Part shown: one piece after another, positions 46,995 through 53,642 of the stretch
How the letters are laid out: the number at the start of each line of letters is the position of its first letter
Numbering within the stretch: the first letter of the stretch is position 1
DNA from: Paludibacteraceae bacterium
Lineage (GTDB): Bacteria > Bacteroidota > Bacteroidia > Bacteroidales > Paludibacteraceae
Direction: 5' to 3'
Length of the DNA stretch: 53,642 nucleotides
NCBI GenBank assembly: GCA_024400135.1
Contig: JAKSNE010000001.1
Location: 1 to 53,642 of the forward strand
Notes under the pieces: generated by a model
The model's database searches: none
What the model was told of the DNA's origin: nothing
The model's input: only the letters and a program-made list of their open reading frames with translations
Made by a program: the position numbers and the translations under genes

Positions 46995-48812
46995 TTAATA
47001 GTGATAGGTTGTGCGTACATCTACATGAATAGCGGGTGCATCCGACTTCAAGTTAGGATTCAGAGCCACATCCTCGTTCGGGAAAGGCAAAGTGAATACC
47101 GCCGGAGTCACATTGGGAGCCGCAGCATCGTTGTTATAATCAATCGGTTTTTCAGGATCGATAGTCATGGACCAACCCGAACGATCTGCCAACCAGAAAG
47201 CCTTAAACATAGCATCGCAGTTCCAGATTTGGTTACGATATTGTGCTTTAATCTCAGCGATGCAAGCATCCATATCGTAATAAGCACGACGAACGAAATC
47301 GTACCAACGATCCCCTTCACCGGCAAGCTCAAGACGACGCTCTTTCCAAACTTGGTCAAACGTTAACGAACCAACAGCAGCAGCACTCGGAATAGCACGT
47401 TGGTGAACTTTATTGAACGCGGAGAGAGCCTCAGCATCCGTAGTTGTACCATTCCCCATCAGCACAGAAGCCTCAGCAGCTACCAGATAAACGTCAGCCA
47501 GACGAAGAATATGCGTTGCGTAAGCGTATGCCATACGAGCGGCACTGATACCGGTCTCAGCTACGTGGTCAGCATTATCACCATACATGTGTTTAGCCCA
47601 GTTACTACCGCAAGGACCTTGGCATTGACCCTCAGAGAAAGCCTTACCGTATGCAGCATCCTCGGTATCATAGATAGCATCTAAGTAGTCAAAACCTGCA
47701 CCCTTACCACTTGCGTGAGGACCGGTATAAGTCTTATCGCGCCAGAAATAGGTATAATGGTCACCGGCAGTCATCATGGTTGCTTTACGACGAGTGTCTA
47801 ATTGAGGAGTGGTCGTAGGATCCGGCCAAGCAGCCACTTCTGCATCTACACCACTCTCGCCTGTCATTTCGATTACGCCAAAAGCAGCCATCAAGTCAGC
47901 CGAAGGACCACCCCAGCCACCCCAAGTATCACCAAACTCATCAAAGCCGACGATACCAAGGTCAGATTGCAGCGTGTTTTGGCTGGTCCATTGCGAACCT
48001 ACCGTCCAACGCCATGCGAACAGGCTCTCGGAGCATTTATTGCAGTGACCCAAGAAGATGTCAGCATAGTTAGGTTCCAACGTACGACCCGAGTTGTTCT
48101 TCACGTCGATAGCGTAGTCGTAAGCCTTTTGCAAATCCTCGTTATTAAGAGAACCACTCAAACCGGCTTTGGTCAGATAAACCTTTGCCAATAAGCCTTT
48201 AGCGCAGTATTGGTCAATACGACCGGCTGCACCTTGTGCAGGGAGCAGTTCAATGGCTTTTTCAAGCGTCATGATGATATACTCATACACGTCTGCTTTT
48301 TGCACTTTCTTTAGCTCATTGTAGTCTGCTTTAGCCAAAGACTCAGAGTTACTATGGATAATAGGCACCTCACCGAACGAACGAACAAGGTAGAAATAAG
48401 CCATTGCTTTCCAAGCTAAGCATTCGCCCATGCATTGGTTTACAACAGATTGAGAGCAACCTTGCGCATTCTTCAACGATTCATAAACGGTCGAGCAGTG
48501 AGCAATCTCAGCCCAAAGAGAATAAGACATATTCACCAAGTCCACATCCGTACCGTTAACGGAGAAGTTCAGATAAGGACAACTGCCCCAATACATATTA
48601 CCGGAGAAAACCTCACCTACTTTAATGAAACCACGTTGGAAATCATACCAGGGCGAGTTGTACAGATAATTCACACCCGAGATACAAGCAGCATCCGAAG
48701 TGTAGTAGTTATCCGTATTATAACTATCCTCAGCGGGACGATTTAAGAAAGTCTCGCAAGAGGGAAGCATGAAGATCATGCTAAGCGCTAATACTAAATA
48801 TTTGTTTTTCAT
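46995..48812 (-). CDS. susD: SusD/RagB-family nutrient-binding outer-membrane lipoprotein
   Basis: Lipobox MLPSCE. 605 aa, TPR-like, with the WRWTVG... and RRLELAGEGDRWYDFVR motif characteristic of SusD. Confidence 0.9.
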   Translation of the reverse strand: MKNKYLVLALSMIFMLPSCETFLNRPAEDSYNTDNYYTSDAACISGVNYLYNSPWYDFQRGFIKVGEVFSGNMYWGSCPYLNFSVNGTDVDLVNMSYSLWAEIAHCSTVYESLKNAQGCSQSVVNQCMGECLAWKAMAYFYLVRSFGEVPIIHSNSESLAKADYNELKKVQKADVYEYIIMTLEKAIELLPAQGAAGRIDQYCAKGLLAKVYLTKAGLSGSLNNEDLQKAYDYAIDVKNNSGRTLEPNYADIFLGHCNKCSESLFAWRWTVGSQWTSQNTLQSDLGIVGFDEFGDTWGGWGGPSADLMAAFGVIEMTGESGVDAEVAAWPDPTTTPQLDTRRKATMMTAGDHYTYFWRDKTYTGPHASGKGAGFDYLDAIYDTEDAAYGKAFSEGQCQGPCGSNWAKHMYGDNADHVAETGISAARMAYAYATHILRLADVYLVAAEASVLMGNGTTTDAEALSAFNKVHQRAIPSAAAVGSLTFDQVWKERRLELAGEGDRWYDFVRRAYYDMDACIAEIKAQYRNQIWNCDAMFKAFWLADRSGWSMTIDPEKPIDYNNDAAAPNVTPAVFTLPFPNEDVALNPNLKSDAPAIHVDVRTTYHY

Positions 48813-48824
48813 AATCTCAACACA

Positions 48825-51800
48825 TTATAAGCCAATACTTAAACCAACTGTCCAGGACATAGGCGAAGGATAACGGCCGTTATCTAAGCCCATTACGTTG
48901 GCACTCGTTGTGGATGCACCAACTTCAGGATCATAGCCCGTATATTTGGTAGCGGTGAACAGGTTGTTACCGGTAACCGATAGACGGAGGTGATCAATCT
49001 TGTTCTTGAACATCTTCTTACCAAAGGTATAAGCTACCGTTAAGGTCTTCAGACGCAGATAGGAACCATCCTCGATATAACGACTTGACCAAGCGTCGTT
49101 GTCGTTCGGGTCATTGATAGAAGCACGAGGCAGCGTTGCATTCGGATTCGTTACGTGTACGTTATCAATATGCTCGTACCAGTCAGCTTGACCGGAAGTG
49201 ATAGCACCTAAGCGAGCGCGATCATTAACCGCAGATGTTTGGTTCGTCCAAGCCGAATTCATGTGCGTAAGCTTCATTGCGGTGTAGTTACCCACTTTGT
49301 TACCTACACTACCGTTGAAGAACAGGATAACCTCTAAACCTTTATAACGGAAGGTGTTGTTCCAACCAAACGTCATAACGGGCAGCGGGCTACCGATGTT
49401 CGTCTTATCGTTTTCATCAATCACGCCATCACCATTGACATCCTTATACTTGATATCACCTACGAAGGTGGTATTAGCGCGGCTATACTTGGTAGGATCC
49501 GTGCTCCAAGATTTCGAACCATCGGCATTGGTTACAATAGGATTGTTCTTTTGTAACATATTTACCGGAGAGTTCAGAATGTCGTTGAAGTCTTGGTAAA
49601 CGCCCTCTACAACGTATCCGTAGAAGTTATACAAGCTTTGACCTACTTCGGTACGGCTTACCACGTCAGTCCATTGACCATAACCAACCAATGCGGTGGA
49701 GTTGCTCAACGATAAGAGTTTGTTTTGGTTGAAGCTCATCGATACATCGCTATTCCAACTGAAACCGGCTACGTCAACGGGTTTGGTGTTGAGGGCGATT
49801 TCAATACCGCGGTTGCGGATGTCACCATAGTTACCGTATGGAGCAGCCAAAGCGGACGATGCGTTACCCGATGTACCCATGATAGAGGGCAATACGAGTT
49901 GCATCAACATGTCTTTACTGTTCTTTTGATACAGGTCAACAACTAAGTTCAAGCGATCCCACAAGAAGTTCAAGTCGATACCGATATTGAATTGCTCTTG
50001 AGTCTCCCACTTGATATCCAAGTTCTTCAAGTTAGCCGGACGATAGCTCAAACCGAGGTCGGTTGCCATGGTGCTCATAGCCGAACCCCACTTGTAACCA
50101 CCGATGTTCGAGTTACCCGTTTGTCCCCAACCGAAACGGATCTTACCATTGGTTAAGATACCTTTATCACGAGCTTCCTTCATGAAGTTCTCCTCACTGA
50201 AGCGCCATGCAACGGCTACAGAGTGGAACGGAGCCCAACGTTTGTTAGGACCGAAGTTCGAACTACCATCATAACGGAAGGTGTAAGTTAACAGATAACG
50301 AGAAGCGTAGTTGTAATTAGCACGAACGAAGAAAGACGCCATCGAAGCGCTACCAAATCCACTGAAGATTTGAGGATCACCCGTACCTAACGATGGGTTA
50401 TGAACCACATCACTCGGCAGACCGGTATTCATCATACCTTTATAGTCCCAACGGCTTACCCACATTTCTTGACCGACCATCGCACCTACGTTGTGGTTTT
50501 TCTCTTTACCGAAGCTTCCATTGTAAGTCAAGAAGTTCTTGAAGCTAATAAATGTGCTGCTGTTATCTTGCTTACGGCTCTCATTACTTGGACGGCTCCA
50601 AGTACCTAAGTTAATCATCGGCTTATAGGTCTCACCTTGGCTCCAGTTCAGGTCATAACCGAACTCTGTGTGCCATACCAAACCCGGGTAGAACGTAACG
50701 TCAAAGAATAGGTTACCATTCAGTTTATGACGTTTCAGCGTAATCGTATTGTACTCTGCCAATGCAATGGGGTTAGGATTGGTAAATCCTTCCTTAGCAA
50801 CTACAGAATATCCACCATCAATATTGTAAATTGGAATATCAGGAGGCGTAGTCAGAGAGTAAGTAATCAAACCTTCTTCACCATCAGCCAACTTCAGGTC
50901 ATCACTGGTGTTAGCGTAAGCTACGTTGACACCCATCTTTAACCATTTACGCAGTTGAGCGTCGATGTTAGCACGTAGGTTAATACGTTGGAACTCGGAA
51001 CCGATAATGGTACCTTTCTGGTCCATAAAACCACCGGCTACATAGTAGTGGATTTTATCCGTACCGCCTTGAGCGGAGAGTTGATGCTGGTGTTGGAAAC
51101 CGGTTTGGAAGACAGCGTCTTGCCAGTTCGTACCTAAACCGAGAACAGAAGGATCGGAATAAGCTTGATCGCGGCTTGCAGCGTAGATCTCACCTTGGTC
51201 AACCAAGTCGTTGTAGAATCCGGCGAAGTCGCGGAGGTTCAACATATTGAGACGTTTGGTTTGTTTGTTCCAAGTTACTTGACCGTCATATTGGAATTTA
51301 GCTTCACCTTCTTTACCGTGTTTGGTGGTAATGAGGATGACACCGTTAGAACCTTGGGCACCATAGATGGCGGTAGCCGAAGCGTCCTTCAATACTTCCA
51401 TAGACTCAATATCCTGAGGGTTAATCGAGGACAGCGGAGAGATAGTCGAAACGGCACCATTACCAAGAGCATCACCTAAACCGAAGTCGGCACCGGACGA
51501 ACCGGTGGATTGGTAGATAACACCATCGATAACGTACAGAGGCTCAGCACCGGCATTGATGGTAGCGATACCACGAACGCGTACGGACGAAGCGGAACCC
51601 GGGGCACCACTGGTTTGTACAGAGCTAACACCGGTAACACGACCTGCTAACGCTTGGTCAATGTTCGTAACCGACGGGTCAGCGAATGCCTTAGCGTCCA
51701 AGGTCTGCGAAGCACCGGCTAAGTCACTCTTCTTTGCCGTACCATAACCTACTACTACAACCTCATCCAGCACCTCCGTATTAGCGGAAAGCTCAACCTT

Positions 51801-52085
51801 GAGGCTCGTTTTACCTTTTACTTCAATTTCTTGGGTGGTTAAACCCACATAAGAGAAGACGAGAACTGCATTTGCGTCTTTTACTTCAAGAGCAAAGTTT
51901 CCGTCAAAATCCGTTACGGTTCCGTTTTGCGTACCCTTCTCCATAACGGTGGCTCCAATAACGGGATCACCCGTTTGTTCTGTGACCAGACCGGTCACTG
52001 TTACCTGAGCCCACATGGCTAGCGGCAAGAAAAGTGCCGCTAACAATGTAGAAACTCGGATAGCCATAGATTTTGCTTTTAACAT
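48825..52085 (-). CDS. susC: SusC/RagA-family TonB-dependent outer-membrane transporter
   Basis: 1086 aa with a carboxypeptidase-regulatory-like N-terminal domain (VTGLVTEQTGDPVIGATV), a plug (VVVVGYGTAKK) and a C-terminal beta-barrel ending in WTVGLSIGL. Confidence 0.95.
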   Translation of the reverse strand: MLKAKSMAIRVSTLLAALFLPLAMWAQVTVTGLVTEQTGDPVIGATVMEKGTQNGTVTDFDGNFALEVKDANAVLVFSYVGLTTQEIEVKGKTSLKVELSANTEVLDEVVVVGYGTAKKSDLAGASQTLDAKAFADPSVTNIDQALAGRVTGVSSVQTSGAPGSASSVRVRGIATINAGAEPLYVIDGVIYQSTGSSGADFGLGDALGNGAVSTISPLSSINPQDIESMEVLKDASATAIYGAQGSNGVILITTKHGKEGEAKFQYDGQVTWNKQTKRLNMLNLRDFAGFYNDLVDQGEIYAASRDQAYSDPSVLGLGTNWQDAVFQTGFQHQHQLSAQGGTDKIHYYVAGGFMDQKGTIIGSEFQRINLRANIDAQLRKWLKMGVNVAYANTSDDLKLADGEEGLITYSLTTPPDIPIYNIDGGYSVVAKEGFTNPNPIALAEYNTITLKRHKLNGNLFFDVTFYPGLVWHTEFGYDLNWSQGETYKPMINLGTWSRPSNESRKQDNSSTFISFKNFLTYNGSFGKEKNHNVGAMVGQEMWVSRWDYKGMMNTGLPSDVVHNPSLGTGDPQIFSGFGSASMASFFVRANYNYASRYLLTYTFRYDGSSNFGPNKRWAPFHSVAVAWRFSEENFMKEARDKGILTNGKIRFGWGQTGNSNIGGYKWGSAMSTMATDLGLSYRPANLKNLDIKWETQEQFNIGIDLNFLWDRLNLVVDLYQKNSKDMLMQLVLPSIMGTSGNASSALAAPYGNYGDIRNRGIEIALNTKPVDVAGFSWNSDVSMSFNQNKLLSLSNSTALVGYGQWTDVVSRTEVGQSLYNFYGYVVEGVYQDFNDILNSPVNMLQKNNPIVTNADGSKSWSTDPTKYSRANTTFVGDIKYKDVNGDGVIDENDKTNIGSPLPVMTFGWNNTFRYKGLEVILFFNGSVGNKVGNYTAMKLTHMNSAWTNQTSAVNDRARLGAITSGQADWYEHIDNVHVTNPNATLPRASINDPNDNDAWSSRYIEDGSYLRLKTLTVAYTFGKKMFKNKIDHLRLSVTGNNLFTATKYTGYDPEVGASTTSANVMGLDNGRYPSPMSWTVGLSIGL

Positions 52086-52113
52086 GTGGCTTAATATTTA
52101 AAGTTATTCCTAT

Positions 52114-53642
52114 TTACTTATTACGCACGCACGCGCCTACGATGTTGTAGGTTTTGCCGTCGCGGATAATAAACATTTGACCATTCTCCATTAATTTAAT
52201 AGCTTGTGCGCCATCCTTAATGGAGTTCAAACCGGTAGGTATTTCGTAACGAACACCTGCTTTCGTATCATTGTCTTGATAGCAGATGGTAACTTCCGTT
52301 CCTACTGCAGGTTCGGGCATTTCCTCACCTTCCGGAGAGATATAAGTGACATCAGCACTATTAGCAGCGAACCATAAAGCACCATTGTCGTATGGACCGG
52401 CAGCATTGATATTGAAGCCTTGACCGCCCCAAATACCAACATATTCCCATTGATGGAGTTCCTCGTTGCGGGTCATCATAGCCCAAGTCCATTCGCCGCT
52501 CTCCCACGGATGTTTAACATAGGTAGGACGAGCAAGAACTTTAGCAGTAAAAGTGTTGCCAAGGAACTCGAAACAATTGAACTCAACCTCATCACCTACG
52601 AGCAGTTCTTTACCGGTGATTTCAGCAATCTCGCTGATCTTGTAAGCAACCGTCTCTTTTGGTTCAGCCTCAAAGGCGAGTAATACCTCATTGCTACCAA
52701 GAACACCGGTAATTGTCCAATCACCGTGGTTGTCGGTACTCATCTCGCGGAACGATACTTCTTCTGCGCCATCCCACTTGTTACCTAAGTAATAGGTCGG
52801 ATATTCAACTTGGCTGAAACAGATGCTATTAAGTTTAACCGAACCAACCTCTTGAGCAACGAAGATGAATTGCATCAATTTTGCCATATCGACATTAGCC
52901 AGATAGTGGTAAACAACGATGTTCGTATCAGCATCAGCTACGAATTGCTCCTCGCCTTGTGCGTCTTGCAACAGCACTTGGAAGTCGGTAGTAGCCTCAT
53001 ACTCAATCGTTAAGGTATTCAACTCATTCAGGTCGATACCGCCTAACCACATATTCATTGCGCTGTTAGCAGCTGCAAAATAAATCGTATCATTTACGTA
53101 AGTAGCATTCTCGTCTAATGGGTTGAAGGCTTCTTCAACGATTTCGAAGCACTCTACGGAAGGTCCGTCTTGATGCGGGAAGCAAACATCAACGCCTTTG
53201 ATAGTCAAGCCATTACCGCAAATAACCAAACCGCCCTCATTAACGAGAACATCAATATCGGCTTGCGACAAGATAATAGACATAGAGGTCTTTTCGTCCA
53301 AACCACCATAGGTTCCGTCTTCAGAAGAAGCAGGATCAGCTAAAGTCGTAGGCAGAGCAGCCCAAGAACCATTACCGAAGCGAAGGTTCGTATATTCAGC
53401 ACCTTCCGTCTTAGCAAAATAAGCAGTGACAAGTGTACCGACAGTAGCCTTCGTCCAATCGTAACCACCCCATGAGAGGTCGCCCATAGCAGTAGAAGGA
53501 TTCCAAGAAATGGCGGTTTCACCGGCCCAAGCCTGTTCGCAATCAACGACAATAGCTGAACATAATTCAACACCTTTGATAGTCAAGCCATTACCGCAAA
53601 TAACCAAACCGCCCTCATTAACGAGAACATCAATATCGGCTT
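52114..53642 (-). CDS. Secreted repeat-domain protein (partial, N-terminus beyond window); a putative glycan-binding/accessory protein of the PUL
   Basis: The reading frame stays open to the window edge. It has ~126-aa tandem modules each ending ...DIDVLVNEGGLVICGNGLTIKGV. The C-terminal tail KLMENGQMFIIRDGKTYNIVGACV resembles beta-strand sorting tails. It ends 28 nt upstream of susC. Confidence 0.55.
   Translation of the reverse strand, partial: ADIDVLVNEGGLVICGNGLTIKGVELCSAIVVDCEQAWAGETAISWNPSTAMGDLSWGGYDWTKATVGTLVTAYFAKTEGAEYTNLRFGNGSWAALPTTLADPASSEDGTYGGLDEKTSMSIILSQADIDVLVNEGGLVICGNGLTIKGVDVCFPHQDGPSVECFEIVEEAFNPLDENATYVNDTIYFAAANSAMNMWLGGIDLNELNTLTIEYEATTDFQVLLQDAQGEEQFVADADTNIVVYHYLANVDMAKLMQFIFVAQEVGSVKLNSICFSQVEYPTYYLGNKWDGAEEVSFREMSTDNHGDWTITGVLGSNEVLLAFEAEPKETVAYKISEIAEITGKELLVGDEVEFNCFEFLGNTFTAKVLARPTYVKHPWESGEWTWAMMTRNEELHQWEYVGIWGGQGFNINAAGPYDNGALWFAANSADVTYISPEGEEMPEPAVGTEVTICYQDNDTKAGVRYEIPTGLNSIKDGAQAIKLMENGQMFIIRDGKTYNIVGACVRNK
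53195..53642. repeat. 378-nt-period intragenic tandem duplication
   Basis: 70 nt at 53195-53264 are identical to 53573-53642 (window end). Confidence 0.9.

Overview
This is a Bacteroidales-type chromosome segment. It has Bacteroides-style -33 TTTG / -7 TAnnTTTG promoters, a SusC/SusD pair and a T9SS-like C-terminal tail on a secreted nuclease. 'Prevotella-like' is only a guess that I cannot verify here.

Layout:
(i) 1-13.8 kb is a housekeeping block: nifJ/PFOR (partial, absent from the ORF track), an AAA+ ATPase, a 54-aa 2x[4Fe-4S] ferredoxin (below the ORF-track cutoff), ruvC, an ftsB-like gene, a secreted EEP nuclease, ligA, dapA, cstA, a USP-like gene and gmk.
(ii) 13.8-14.4 kb is an ORF-free spacer made almost entirely of paired direct repeats and perfect palindromes.
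(iii) 14.4-20.6 kb is a visibly AT-richer accessory island. It holds a gtrA-gtrB-GT-C-glf operon, an antitoxin/PIN/RhuM-like operon, duplicated 55-bp and 38-bp segments, and a 23-codon mini-ORF unit.
(iv) Next come yicC, a second AAA+ ATPase, a RecQ-family helicase and a NERD protein.
(v) 25.5-53.6 kb is a single-strand polysaccharide utilisation locus: repeat-domain protein, SusC, SusD, 2 SGBPs, then GH5, GH94, GH26, [GxxExxY cassette], GPH symporter, cellobiose/mannobiose 2-epimerase, SASA esterase, GH5, GH27, GH2, GH31, GH5.

The most unusual signal is not a gene cluster. It is a pervasive set of short tandem arrays, mostly with a 7-nt unit, plus CTCCCC-N5-GGGGAG hairpins. They sit in-frame inside conserved genes (ligA, dapA, yicC, glf, recQ, GH31, GH2, GH94, epimerase), in signal peptides and at cistron junctions. 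In coding copies of the CTCTAAA family, the in-frame stop positions are specifically mutated away.

The second most interesting item is a GxxExxY (PD-(D/E)XK-like) gene bracketed by ~90-bp inverted repeats inside the PUL operon. I found no tRNA, rRNA, CRISPR array, transposase or integrase.
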